Position numbers and translations under genes: made by a program. Positions 15,112-29,500 of a DNA stretch of 64,000 nucleotides are shown here, in pieces. The DNA lies in assembly GCA_964057225.1 (NCBI GenBank), contig OZ059896.1:9362001-9426000 (forward strand), written 5' to 3'. Every line of letters begins with the position of its first letter. Within the stretch, counting starts at the first letter, position 1. The DNA is from Auanema rhodensis (lineage: Eukaryota > Animalia > Nematoda). The notes below the pieces were generated by a model, which was not told the DNA's origin, made no database searches, and worked only from the letters and a program-made list of their open reading frames with translations.

Positions 15112-17827
15112 AGAATAGAAGTTTCTACATTCTGCACTCTCTGTTCAATCCTCTTGTTTCTCGTCAATTTTTCTCTTTTCATTATAGGATCCCATTCTAT
15201 ATCAAACTTCAGCTGTTCGAGCAAATAGTCATGTTGGTTATTCCCATGTTAGATACCATGTCTGGTATCACTTTTTTCTATTTGACGCTAATCGGGAGAT
15301 ATAGCAGATGTTGGATCAAATTGTCAATGTCAAAGCGGCAAACATTAATTCCCATACATTTTTAAATGATTTAAAAATCTATTAGAAATACAATTACAAT
15401 AATTGAAATTAAAAATAAAGGTTTAAAGGAAACTAAAATGATAACATAGTAAAGTCGGAAGTGAAATATGATTCCATTCAAAATAATCACCTTATTCGTT
15501 TCTATGGAGAAATGAGCTATAAACGAACAATGACGTTAATCTTTTAAAGATCTTTAAAACGAAACCAAAAAAGGCTTCTGAGCATGAACTACATAGAAAG
15601 AACAAACATTTCGAAAAAACTAGGTTATATGTGAAAATAAAATAACATAAAAACAGTTTAAAAAGACAGATATAATTTGAAATAAAAAACAGATTTGTTA
15701 TTATTAGGTAATCTATAGATTGGGTGAGCGTATAGCTAAAAGAGAATAAAATAAAATAAACCATCTATATCGACAAAAATCACAATGGGTGGCGATACTG
15801 TTGTGTTCTGAGGTTGAACACTGTCATTATGATATGTCATGGATTAAGTCTGTCTTACTTCACCTCAAGTACTTCATGGAACCCATGAACATTAAAAATA
15901 AACAATATTTGTTATTGTTATCAACTTTTATCAAAAAAAAAAAGGAACTGGTAATATTAGAAGACAATAAGATAATTATTATTTTGTTACGTATAGATAG
16001 AATTCTTCCTCACAAATGAACACAACAGTAGAAATCATTTGGAATGAAAATTCAATTATGGACGGACATACATACTCTTGAATGTGAGTGAAGCTTATAA
16101 CAAAAAAATTTTTGTATTTTGAATGAAAAGGTTCAGTTTATTCGGACGACAATCGGATTGTCACTGGTTCAGTAGCGATGATGAATCAAGACATCTGGGA
16201 AAATTGAATGGATTCAGATGATTGAAACACGGAAAGTATAACGAGACAACTATCATGACAATAGTATTAAAACTGTATGAAAGTAAAGATGTATGACTTA
16301 TTCTGCTTTTAAAACTGTGAACTTTGACAAGTTTTCCAAAGAAAAGCGAATATTTAATGAAACTAAGCTTTTTATAAAACCAGGAATAAGAATTATTTAT
16401 GAACTAACTTACTTTGAAGGTATAATGACTCTTTTATGAAATTAATTAATACAAAACGTCAATATTATGTTTTTGAAAATACATGGTCAATACGATTTAT
16501 GAACAATTAACTTAGAAAATGAAACTTCAACGGAAAAATGACGTTTGGCATACTTCGGTTTCTAGAAATCTTCTTATTTTTGAAGATTAAGCGGAGCAAC
16601 TAACTAGATACAAATTGCAAGAAAAGATGAGCGGACGTTTTCACCAAATAGAACGGAATTTTCTTATAGAAACTCTGCTTGTTCTTCAGTTCGCAGATCT
16701 TTTTTAGACGAATGTTTCAGGAACGAGCCACTATTGTCACCTTTCATATTTGCACAAATGAAAATTGGTCAGATAGTTGATGCATCAGTTAAATAATTAT
16801 TTTCCCATCTTTAAAACTTATCAAATTAAGCTTTAATTGACTCATTTAAATTCTTTATTTATTATTGATTTATTTTCTCTGAGTTTAAAAATAACTTTAG
16901 AGCATAGATTATTATGGAAAACAGTTGAAAATATTTGATCAGGTCTCTCCTGTACATCATCATCATCATCATAAATAAACTTTGAATATTTTGAGTGACC
17001 ACAATAGTATATTTGAATTACTTAAAACAACTTCGATTTCTTCTGAAGTATGATGAAACATGACCGTTGTATATATTTTTTTTCAAATTTGAGCAATTTA
17101 TTCTATATTTTGAAAAAAAATGAAATTAAAGATAAAACAAACAGACATAAGAATCAAGCATTTATTCAGCATGAAGTACAGTTGAACTTTTTTTTTAAAA
17201 TTCATACTCATATATTCAAGTTATATTATTATAGAAAATGTATATGTGCATTTCAAATGAAATATTTAATAAAAGATATAAGATGATGATCATAAACGTT
17301 AATTTCCTTTTTAAATAGAAACAATGTGTTGGTTGATTGACTTCATTCCTGAATTTATTATTATAAAATTAAATTTTTTATTTTTGAATTATTTTTAAAA
17401 CAAAATAATTTTGAATGTAATAGTATGTATGAATATTCAATACAGTTACATACCTATATATACATATGTTTGTGTAATTGTAGATTTATGCTTAAAACGT
17501 ATGTATAATCCAGTCATTTGAACACAATACTACTGTTACTAATTATATAAATATTAATATAAATAATATAAAACAGAATTTAGCAAACATTTATTGATTC
17601 AGATTAATTATTCTGAGAAGAGTTAAAATTAATTTTATTAATCCAATATACAGACATATACATTTTTTTCAGCGCAATATAGTACAAACAACATAACATT
17701 ATACTAAATGTGAAAGCCCGTGAACAGCCGGACAACGGCATGAGCAACAGTTTAGCTGTGTTCCAACATATTCAACAAAAATATATGGAAGTATTGATGT
17801 AACAGCTCCTTACTTTAAGTTACCAAT

Positions 17828-20800
17828 TTAATAAAAATAATTCGTTGGTCGATCGTCTAATGTGTGAGCTGCTGGTAGATCCAAATTCACAGGTGGAATG
17901 GCTGAATATGGTCTATCCATAACTGACATTCCTCCTCCATACATGGATGCTGTAAATGAATTTGTAAATTTTATTATATTATACTATTTTAAAGTTCCAT
18001 TTTCAATTATTTTTTAAAACGAACACTCAAACTTTTTCTAGAAAATGTATTTGCCCCAATAAAGTCAATCATCTCCTTTTTCGTTTAGAGTTACGAAGGA
18101 ATACGATAGCCTAATTGGCCGAATATATACCGGCTCTCATTGTAATCTTATTTGGTCTACGATGAGATGCGGAAGAAGTCAGATAGACAAATAAAAGTTG
18201 ACACTTTTGATCGTTTATGTTGACAGCTTATTAGGGTATCGAAATCAAAACGGTAAAACTTTGTTTACTAGTTTAAGGTGGTTTTCTCGATACTGACCTG
18301 CTGATGACATAGCCCGCACGTCTTCCTCGATTTCCTGGTCTTTTTGCTTCTTCCTTTTGTGACTCACGCCATAGCGTACAAGAGCCATTAAACAGATACT
18401 AATGAGAAGTATAGTCATAATTACGGCTAAAATTAATTTTATTTTTAAATTATAGAAATAGATGAATACATACCTAAAATAATCCAACCTACAAGGGATA
18501 ATGCATTACCCTCAAGAGGTAAAGCATCGTTGTCTGGGCAGAAATTGACTGATCTAAATTATGATTCAGTAATATGTGAAGATGACATATGAATAATTAC
18601 CTCAATGGGGTTCCTTCAGCTGGACATCCATTTGGAGAATCAGTACAAGCTGCAACGCAACCTGGCTTATCAATATCAATGTCCAAGTTTTCTCGAAGTA
18701 GTTGACGGAACCAATCTAATTCGCTGTTACAAAGCCATGGATTTCCTGAAACATTTTACTATTATAAAAGGAAAGATAAAACCTGTATAGAACAAAAGTT
18801 TTTAAAGAAGATAAATTAAGTGGTATTCAATTTCGGCCAATACATATTTGTACTGTTCACCATTTGTTTACCATATAATATATATTCGAAATAGCAATAT
18901 AGCTTAGTATATGTATATAATATGTGTATTAACTTTTTTTAATTTTAATTCACTTAATTTCAAATGTTTATAATTATTTTAAAAAATAACTGCTTACCAC
19001 AAGCATAGATAACACGACGATCATTTGGACTTGGAGCAAATGTATTTTGAAATACATCTTGAGGTAATGTTCTCAATTGATTATAACTGAAAATATTAAT
19101 TGTATTGATAAATTGATTTTATAATTATTTTTATAAAGATTTCAATTTCTTTTTATTTTGATTTTTATGTTCAAAAAGGAAAAAAAATTTTTTTTCGTTT
19201 CACTCATGTTATTTCTATCATGAATTACAAAAATTCTGTAAAAAAGGAAAGACTTAAAGCAAGAACCCTAAAGTAGTCTATCACTCCCTCCATCTACCCT
19301 GGAGCTGTTTATTTGAATGTGACGACAAATCTAACTGGACCCACCAAAACAAATAATATAGAAAAGAAGGAAACGTAAGAAAAAATTTAGTCGGATGGTA
19401 GAAAGAAATCAGATAATCTTTATCTTCTCTGTTGCAACCCGTTTGAAGAAGTTTCTAAGTGGAAAGCTCTTCATATAATTCCAGAGCAAAAGACGATATC
19501 AAAATTTCTTAGAAAACTTATCTCACCTGATGTCCAAATGTCTGAGAGCTGGCAAGTTAGCGAATCCAAGATTTTGAACATTTTCAATGCGATTTCCTTG
19601 AACATCAATAGAGTATAGATCACGTAAATTTTCGAAGAAGTCAGATCGAATTCTGAAAAGAAAATCTTAAATACACGGTTCTTGTGTGAAGTATGTGAAG
19701 TCTATTAGCATATTAAACACCAAAAACCTGATAAACTTCTTTGTTCGTTTAATCTTTTTTTCTTTTTCTCTATTCTATAATCTCAATAGTTTTTGATCAC
19801 TTCTCAAAATTCAACACAATAGGCTTATATGAGTTAAACACAGGTCGCCCTCAATCAACTCAGGTCATGGAGACATCAGCTTCTTCACATATCAAGCTAG
19901 TTTATCATCATGACTAGCGAACTCAGAAGAAGCTTATGTCCTTCGTTCTCTTTTTTTCATCACCTATCCACATATTTCATCACAAGCTCGAATCTCTCCT
20001 TCGTTTGCATCGAAACAATCGCTTACCATTCGGCTTGCTTCTTTTCTTGTCTTTTTGCATGCTGTTTCTCTCAAATGGAATACACACACTTTGCATCTCT
20101 AAACTATTTTAATTCGCTCTCCTTGTTCCCCTCTCACAACTTTCTTCTGCGCTCCCTTTAGAGCTTTGGATTTGCAATGTTTGCTCGATTAGCCATTCGG
20201 TCGTACAGTCCAACACTCCTACAGGCTCACACTCAAGATAAGATGACAACAAGGGCAAAGAAGAAGATGACGATGAACTAGAATACTTCTGTTCATGTGT
20301 CCGTTAACTTCAGAACATAATCTTCATTATAGAGAAAGAGAGAGCCAGGGCGTCTGAGTCATCAAACATGCGAATCGGTTTTTTTAATTTTTTAAACTTC
20401 TATCAAATTATCCTTTAGATTTGAAAATCCAAAAAAAAAAACAAATTGAATATTGGTGATTGAACTAATTTTTGAGACTGTTGAACTTACTGAGATAATC
20501 GATTTTTATTGAGAACGATGGCTTGAATTTGAGGAGTTCTTTGAAATGCTCCTCTTTCAATAGTGTCCACTGCAGCCTCAGACATTTCGAGACGAATGAG
20601 AAGTGGAATATGCTGAAAAGGAGTATAAAGTTTATAATTCTTTATTATTAAACGAAACCTGGAAGGCGTTGTTTGGAATAACTGAAATAGGAGTTTCTCC
20701 AATTCCGAGAGTTCTTAATTGTCCAATAAAACGGAACATTTCTGGATAAAGTTGTGGGAAACGATTTCCAGTGAGATATAAGTATTGAAGATTAGGAACT

Positions 20801-22013
20801 TTCTATAACAAAAATTTGATTTTTTGAATATAGGCATATACAAATATACCTGGAATGCCTCAGGGACAATAACGGTGATGCCGTTGAATTCCAATGACAG
20901 CGATGTAAGAACCGGAAAGTCGAGGGCTCCGACAGGTACCTGCAGACAAAGCGTTAAAGAAAAGCTCAACGACACGATGTCATCCTAGCATAATGCCAAG
21001 AAAAGAATGTTTAAAATGAAAAAAGTCGAATCAAAATGTGAACATTGAGCACTAACTAGTTTCACTTACATCATTGATATTATTTAATCCAAGATTTAAA
21101 TTGGTTAAAGTTTCACGTTGATTTATAAGAGCTGAAGTTGGAATTGAGTTTAAGGCATTGGTTTCCAATGATAATTCCTAAAAACAATTAATAAGCTGAT
21201 TAAAAAAGCTTAGTTTCAACAAACATACTTGAAGAAGTCTCAAAGGACGGAATACAGCATTGTCTCCGAGAGTTTGATCAGTTAATCGATTACCAGCCAA
21301 TGATAATTTGATGAGAAGATCTCGACTCTCATAATTATTAAAAGCATTAGATGCCAACTGATTAATACGATTTCTGTTCAGATAAAGTTTTCTGAGGTTG
21401 CGAAGACGTGGGAGACCAGTCTGAGGAATCTGTCCAAGATTGTTGTCATTCTGGAATACAAAGTAGTGTCAATATACCGTCTTGAAATGAGAAAATTTTT
21501 AAAAAAAAACGAACCAGATCAAGTTCAATCAAAGAATTGGTTAGTTCACCATTGAAAGCTTGATCATCAATATTTTGAAGAGTATTTCTATTGAGAACAA
21601 GACGTAAAATAGTGAAGCCTTGGAAGGCATTAGGTGGTATATTAGGAATAGCAGTATCAACAATTGTTAGAGAATCAATCTATAAGAATACGGATTATCT
21701 AAAAATATTGCGAGAAATATTGTTTTGAAATATTTGTGAATAAGAATATAGATAGTCGAGTTGAAGAAGACAATATTTTTCTTAAAATAAACTTTTGTAT
21801 TCTGAATTTATGACTCACCGTGATCTCACGAGCACTCTGAATTGCTTGTAAGGCATTTTGAAGACTTCCAGCATTCGAACAGATTATGGCAATTGGTTCA
21901 TATATTGATGGGGCACACCGACAAGGACCTCCTGATGGCAGTACAGGGCATTGTTGAGCTGATATGCTGACGAGCAACAAGCTCGTCAACAGCACCGCTC
22001 GCAACATAAGCAT
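17828..22013 (-). CDS. pan-1: Extracellular leucine-rich-repeat type I membrane protein PAN-1
   Basis: Signal peptide + AQQCP...CRCAPSIYEPIAIIC; LRRs (VPVGALDFPVLTSLSLEFNGI, LIRLEMSEAAVDTIERGAFQRTPQIQAIVLNKNRL); LRRCT GNPWLC; TM WIILAVIMTILLISICLMALVRYG; tail PPVNLDLP. Closely matches C. elegans PAN-1 as I recall it. Confidence 0.85.
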
Positions 22014-24881
22014 GGAACAGCTATGAATGGTTTGAAAGCTGCAAGTAAAAGATGGGAGTGGAATAAAACCAATACAACATGAAGAAGGAGAACGCGAAGA
22101 CACAGAAAAAGCTTGAAGATTTTCTGATAGAGAAAAGATAACAGAAAGTCACTGCTAACGAGGCGAAACTGATTGCCTCAAGTCATAAAGGAAGTTTGGA
22201 GATTGGCCAGACAAAAGAAATCAAAGAGCAAGTGAAATAGGAGAGTAGAGAGAATATATTAAGAGAAATATGTTGAAGCGCCGAGTGAAAAGAGAGAAGC
22301 AACCTTCCGAGACTTGGACCGGACAGACTTCTGAACGAAAAGACGAAGATCAACTCCCTGAGGGAGCTGCGTATACGAAGCAGTACAGTGCTCTCGTCGA
22401 GAGACGACAGACAAGAAGAGAAACGCCTTCGACCGAAACGAAATGCATCAGATTTCTCAGCCGCCACCTCCTCCGCCTCTTTGCTTCTCTGACTGTCACT
22501 CATCGACTTCGCGTCCGCCCTCAGGCGTACTCCAGGCAGAGGGCTCACGCTGTCTACGGAACCGGAAAACGGACATCAACACATACACAAACAGTGCACA
22601 TACAAATAGAGAAGCAAAGAATACCTAAGGGAATGACGAAGGAGATGATGATGATTAGCACATGAAGCAAGATAGAAAAACGAGGGATTATCGTTTGTAA
22701 TACAGGCTCTCCTGAATAAAATTCCTTGTGACTGTCTAGTCTCGCCAGGTCACCGACCACACCAACGAGCTTATATGAACACAAATTGCGAAATGGACAG
22801 GTTCCTTTATTCTAAATAAATGGTGACAAATAACAAAAAATGTTACTGAATTTATAAGAAAAAGTTTATTTTACTTTTCAGTAAATCATTATACAGTAAT
22901 TGTTTTAGTATAGATTTCAACTCCACTAAATTCAATAAAAAACGAATATTGTGCTTTCGAATGGTTACATGATGGTTCATCATCAACATCATCATCATCA
23001 TCATTTTTGTAAATAGACAACACTCCTTCGACTATCATTTTTGAGAAAATTCAAGAAAAATTGCTTTATATCGTGTATCTTCTTATTCCAATAACCCCCG
23101 TTATCTAAAAATATATTTTTTTACATTTTTATTCGGTAATGGCTTATGTCTCAATTAGAAGAAATAAAAAAAAACAACAAAAAAGTACGAGAAGAAAAGA
23201 TTGTTGAAAATGGTGGAAAATTCTATTTTTTCACCTAAAATTTCCACAAATTGTAATCATTGTATCATTGCTTTGATCGTATTTGAATTTTTTTTGTTCA
23301 ATACCTATCCGTATTTTATGAAATAAAATGTTTAAAATACTACTATTTGTGCTATTTCTACAACTTTACTCCTTTAATACAAGTATTTAACTAACTTTTC
23401 TAACAATTTCTTTTACTAATCTAGTTAAAGACTTTTGAGCACATTTTTTTGTAAAATCGGAGTGTGCTGACGTGTTTCTGCCTTCGGGCTCACAAACCAG
23501 TTGAGAAACGGCCAGATTGCGCAAAAGTGTTGGCGACAATACTTGAAAAAAGAAAGGGAACACACATATAGAGAAAAGCTAAAAGACGATGTAGATGAGC
23601 AGGAAATGAAGATTTAGTGTATATTCTGATGTATAATGAGTTGCTTAAAGTAATTCAGAGAATGTGATATAGTAAGGGAAACAGTTCAAAAGGATTTTAC
23701 CGATTTTACGAACAATTCAAATCAAATAGAAAGTGCGAATTGTTCGTGCAATCATAGTACTGCTCTCAAAACAAATTGATTTTCTTGTTTTCAAAGTATA
23801 TTATAAATTGGTTGGCTTTCAATGACAATTTATTAGCAACGTTTTTAACCAAAAACGTTAATCTAACTGAAAAGAATTTTTTAGTGCTCGTGACATAATA
23901 CGAGATATATATATATAACGTACAAATGAAACTGGTGCAGCATTTTTCACTATTTACCAAAAAGGTGTGAATGACACAAAAGCTATATGTTGAATTTAAT
24001 GAAAGAGTTCACCTGTCGGAGACAGATTAGCCTTAAGCTCAACACAGTTACTTAAATGAAAACGCGTGCGATACTGGCGAAGATGACAAAAAAAATTATA
24101 TTTGTTTGTTGAATATCGACAAGTATTGTTTTGACTATTATTACCTAAAATTATCAAGAAAAAGGTAAGAAAAAACAAATAAAATTTGGTGAAAAAACTT
24201 TATTTAGCATATGCATAGTAGTCGTCTATAGAATAGCACATAAAGTTGAGAGCAACTATCCAAGAACAAATATAGGATCAGCTGCATCATGTTTTCTCTT
24301 CCCATTCTTCGTTAACGCCTGATTCAATATGCTGTTTAGGATTTTCAATATTTCTTAAATTAGACTAAAGCGAATAGCTTCTAACAGACATTTTTTTGAC
24401 CTTTTGACAGATTTTTTTCGTAAAAGAAAAAACGATGAAAGGACATTGTTGTTTGTAATCAATGCCATACTTCCTGTTTTGGAATATCATTAATCATTCC
24501 ATCATCACCTTAATACACTATTCAAAAGTCTATCCCTTCAATTAGAGAAACATATTAGTATCATTGAAAATCATTGAACGAATTGAACTGAAAATTGATA
24601 GAAAACAGCTTATAGCATTATAAACCTTATAAATGATTACTGTATAATATTAAAAATACTGTATAAAACTTATTTAAATTAACTTAGCAACAAGCCTATA
24701 CAACCATCACATGGCAAAATTGTGAATTCGACCTAGAAAATTAAAAAAATCTCATACAAGCGGCTTTCATGGGCTGTAAAAACGTATCGCCATAGATTTG
24801 ATACGCGTTCGACAACTTTTTTTTGTATCAAGCATAAAATGTCCCTAGAAGGACAAGTTATTTTTCTTGCTTAGCATCACG

Positions 24882-24888
24882 TATAAAA
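24882..24888 (+). promoter_or_regulatory. TATA box of the collagen gene
   Basis: GTATAAAAG about 45 bp upstream of ATG 24929, typical of nematode col genes. Confidence 0.7.
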
Positions 24889-24928
24889 GGATGTTGGAAA
24901 GCCCAATTCATCAGTTCATTCATTCGAC

Positions 24929-25878
24929 ATGGATTTGGAAGGTAGAATCAAAGCTTACCGTTTCGTAGCTTACGCTGCAGTCACTTTTTCTGTTGTGGCT
25001 GTGCTCTCAGTATGCGTTACTCTTCCAATGGTTTACAACTATGTCAGCCACGTCAAGCATCAGCTCAACCATGAAATCAGCTATTGCAAGGTAAATATTT
25101 CTCAATATCTTACATTAATATCATTTCATTCCAGGGATCTGCCAAGGACATCTGGACTGAGGTCAACGAATTAAGAAAGCTCCCAACCGCTAACCGTACT
25201 GCCCGTCAAGCTGGTTACGGAGATGCTGGAGTTGATGGAGGAGCTTCTGAATCTAGTGGCCAATGTGAAGGATGCTGCTTGCCAGGACCAGCTGGACCAG
25301 CTGGAACCCCAGGAAAGCCAGGAAGACCAGGAAAGCCAGGAGCTCCAGGACTCCCAGGAAACCCAGGAAAGCCACCACAACAACCATGTGAACCAATGAC
25401 TCCACCACCATGCAAACCTTGCCCAGCTGGACCAGCAGGACCACCAGGACCACCAGGACAACCAGGAGATGCTGGAACTCCAGGACAACCAGGACAACCA
25501 GGACAAGATGCCGCTCCAGGACAACCAGGACCAAAGGGACCAACTGGACCAGCTGGAAATCCAGGAGCCCCAGGAGCCCCAGGAGCCCCAGGACAAGACG
25601 CTGTCTCTGAGCCAATTCTCCCAGGAGAGCCAGGACCACAAGGAACCCCAGGACCACAAGGACCACCAGGACAGCCAGGAGCCCCAGGACAAGACGGAGC
25701 CCCAGGAGCCCCAGGACCAAAGGGACCAAACGGACAACCAGGACAACCAGGAGCCGATGGAAACCCAGGAGCCCCAGGACCAGCTGGACCTCCAGGATCT
25801 GCTGGAGAAAAGGGAATCTGCCCCAAGTACTGCGCTATCGATGGAGGTGTCTTCTTCGAGGACGGAACTCGCCGCTAA
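24929..25878 (+). CDS. Nematode cuticle collagen, 2 exons (intron 25091-25134)
   Basis: Col_cuticle_N ([30 protein letters not shown]), RTAR furin site, CEGCCLPGP, Gly-X-Y repeats, C-terminal [19 protein letters not shown]. Confidence 0.98.
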
Positions 25879-26504
25879 ATACTTGTTTACAAGTGTCTGT
25901 AGAAATAAAGTTTTCTTTTCGAATTTTGTCTTTTCTTATATTACAATGCAACTCTTAAAATCATTTACTCCTTATAATAGTTGATTTTGAAAATAACAAA
26001 GAACCAAGTATTCTTTTCCAGAATTACTCATTTATGAATAAGAAAATGACGAGCGTTTCGAAACAAAACCTGATGATTTTTTTTGGCCGCCGATTCTGAC
26101 CAGTTTCAAGGCGATCTCCGCGCAGCTTCTCAAGTTTTAAAGAAATTCGACAAGGAATTACGATAAAAAAAGTTGCAAGGACATCACCTTGTTCACAAAA
26201 ACTTTAAAAAGGAATATCTTGCTTATGTTATTATATATATGTCAGAAAAATAATTATATACAATTAATTTGCATGCAGATCTGATACAAGAAAAAAACCT
26301 TTATTTCACTCGATGAAACAGAAAGAAGAATTATAGAGTGATAATACATAAAGCCTAAAGACTAGAAGCATTTGCACATAGAAGCTATAATTGTAAACAA
26401 GATATTACTTGTTATTAGTATGATAAGTGAGCTTTAACCGTAAAATAATTGAGCACTACAATAAGTGAACTCTTTTCACAATATAAAAATTAAATAATAT
26501 AAAT

Positions 26505-29500
26505 TTAAACATCTGTAGAACCATGGTATGGCCTTGGTGGCAACGGAGGAGGCCCTGAATCTTTGCTTAATGATGTTCTTAGTCGAATTCCTAAAAACAA
26601 ATAAACAATAAATTACATTTGTATATCCTTTACTCACCTTCAACACTCAGAGTTGGGTGCATCTTAGAAAGTTTCATCGGGCCAGAGAATGAGAACTGCT
26701 TCTCAAACATTGTACTACTTAAGGAAGTTTCTAAGCAAGATGTATGTAAGGAGGATGTTGAAGGAGGTTGTGAAGTCATGTTTTTTCGAGCAGGTGATAA
26801 CATATTGAGAACAGCGGATACACCACGAGATTTCAAAGTTCCAGTTGACGTCGAACTAATATCCAGGATGCTTCCACCTCCTGACTGTCCTTTCTTTTCT
26901 CGCTCTCCTAGCATCTGCATGTGAATTGAAGCCCCAGTTGGTAAAATTGATCTCTGAAATTATAATCAAATCAAATATAAATAATATAAATAATATACCG
27001 TAACATGCAGTCCGAAATGATCTTCTACAAAACGTTTGTGCTCGAGGAAACCTTCCACTAAATGTTCATGTAACTGTAAACTTGAATGATCCGCCCGAGT
27101 TGCGTGAGCATATAAACAAAACTCTAATATTTCAACCTGAAACAAAACACCGTTACCCTCAAATATATGTGATATTCGCACTTGTTCAATAATCAAAGCA
27201 TGAAGTCTAGAAGCTAATTGTCTGTCTTCAGGTTCATAAATGCTAGAAATTCCATCAGAGAAGAAAATCAAATAGTTTCGTATTCCTCCCTGAACATTGG
27301 CTTGAACGACTCCCATGATTTCTCCTGTTATTTTTTTCACATCATGTGTAGAATTTTGTAAAACCAATAATGCAGTCTTAATAAATATATGCAGAATTTT
27401 GAATTTTGAAAATGTCGAATACTTCATATAACTGCTCGTTTTTTCTCTCCATCTGATCCACAGCACAACGAAGAGGTGAGATAAGAATCTGATTAGTATG
27501 CGACATCACCTTAAAAGAATGTCTATAATAGACATATAATTTCTGCAATACCTGAGAAAATCGGAGAACAGAAGGCAAGGGTTCATGAGTGATAACTCTA
27601 GTTTTTATAATCCAAGTTCTCATCACATCATTATCTTCAATAGATGTCCATTTTGTATCCCGCTTTTCAACCAGCCGACTATACTCATAGTTAGATATCT
27701 AAATTTTGTTTTTGTAATATCTCTATTTTTCCAAGACAAACATTATAGTGTCTATAATAATCTTTTATAGAAGGATTAATCTGGATGCCATCAAATGGAG
27801 AAGAACTACATATTGGATCGACATTGAACACCTATAATGAAAAAAACTGTAATAAGAACAAAAAAGCTTAAAATACTTGGATATAACGACCAGGTCGATT
27901 AGCCAAATCAGATGAATCATCCATCGAAGGAATTGTATCCGGATGTCCATATATCTAAATATAAATTATGAAAAACATTCATCAAACGGTATGCGAACCT
28001 GTTTCATTCGGTCAAGAAAATCGGGCAAACGTTCTAGATTATTGCTTCGGAAAACAAACCTAAAAAGGATAAAACTGTTTTATATCAAACTCGAATCCGT
28101 ACCTTTGGCCATTAAGATATGGAGGAAAACTTCTTCCAAAAAATCCAACCAAGTAATAATAGAAAAATACTCGAGATTCAGAATCAATTTTTCGATACAT
28201 CGCTGCTATTCGTTCCTGAGTTAAGTATATTTTTCGAGATGCAAAGTGAAACAATTTACTAGAAGAAGAGCAAGGCGGTCATATTCGACATATTTTTTCT
28301 CATAAACAGGTATAAGCTCCCTGAAATAATAAATTAGCAGATATAAAGACAAACATCTATACTTTAACGTTTGAATAGCATCTTCCCACATCTGACCATT
28401 ACTGAATAGATCAGCAACTTCACACAACAACCTATCTTTAAGCTGTCTTTCAGTTGCGCAATGCTGATTCAAATTGTGATTCATTAGCCATTCTGGTAGC
28501 TCATGATCCTCCCACTGTGAAAATAAAATATAATATGAACAAGAATACTAAATCACCGATAGCAAATTGGCATGTAAAAGTAAAGTTTTAGCAGCTTCGA
28601 TATCGTTATTATGTTGAAGATGCATTTCATACAACTTATAAACATAAATGACATAGAGCTCCGTATGCTCATATTGTTCATAATATCTCTGAAGTAAATT
28701 GGAATTGTATTTCAAAAAACAAGTAATTAATAAATCTGACCATCAATTGGAACGTGCGACTCATGCCATTTTCGGCACAATCTTCCGTCTCATGAACTTG
28801 CCGATATTCAAATAGATACTTCAGTAATAAATCCACTCGCGCAATGAGCTCTTTCCCACCACCATTCCAAAGATCTTTGTCTGATCTAAATTATAGAGAA
28901 TAGTAAGAATAACAAAAAGCTAGTATACTGGCACTGTTGAGTTAATATCTTAGAAAATTTTTCTTGGAAAGCTCTTGAGCCATAATTTTCGTTTACTAAA
29001 TAATCTAATTGCGCTATCAGTTCATCGGAAAACTGGAACTATTCATGAGACAAACATCTATGATAAATTTTAAAAAAACCAATTTAATTCCAGCTGTGGA
29101 ATCTATGTTGGAGTGGAATTCCGCCTGCATCATATCAAAGAAAATTGGAATTGTAGCATCTCTAATTTTTTCATCTTCTATTAAAGCTACTCTTAAGAAC
29201 GGTCCAACCATTTTGGGTATATACTCCATTTTTTGACGAGCTATAAAATTTAAATTTTGTAATTTCAAACTATCAAATCATACTTGTCAGCATAAACCAA
29301 ACTGAACGTAATTCTTCGGCCGCGGTTTTTCGTAATTTAATTCGTGGATCGGCTTCATCTTTAAGCCATTCCTCTTGAATTTGAAGAGATGGTTGAGTTA
29401 CGAAACAGACAACTGTTCTCATATACTCTTCCCATACCTAAAAGATGAAATATAACTAAACTTTATTTGGATAGGAAGTTTAACCTGCGCATAAAAACAA

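Noticed and set aside
14977-15228. SL- and ER-repeat ORFs (also the IY-repeat ORF at 1200-1466)
   Set aside because: Translations of microsatellites.
22183-22784. Cluster of overlapping 60-130 aa ORFs upstream of pan-1
   Set aside because: No recognisable motifs or exon structure; higher GC reduces stop codons. More likely regulatory or 5' UTR sequence.
25171-25984. Several long alternative-frame and antisense ORFs over the collagen
   Set aside because: By-products of repetitive GGA-CCA Gly-X-Y codons.
26040-26215. GC-richer patch between the collagen and ced-5 as a transposon relic
   Set aside because: No terminal inverted repeats, target-site duplication or second copy visible.
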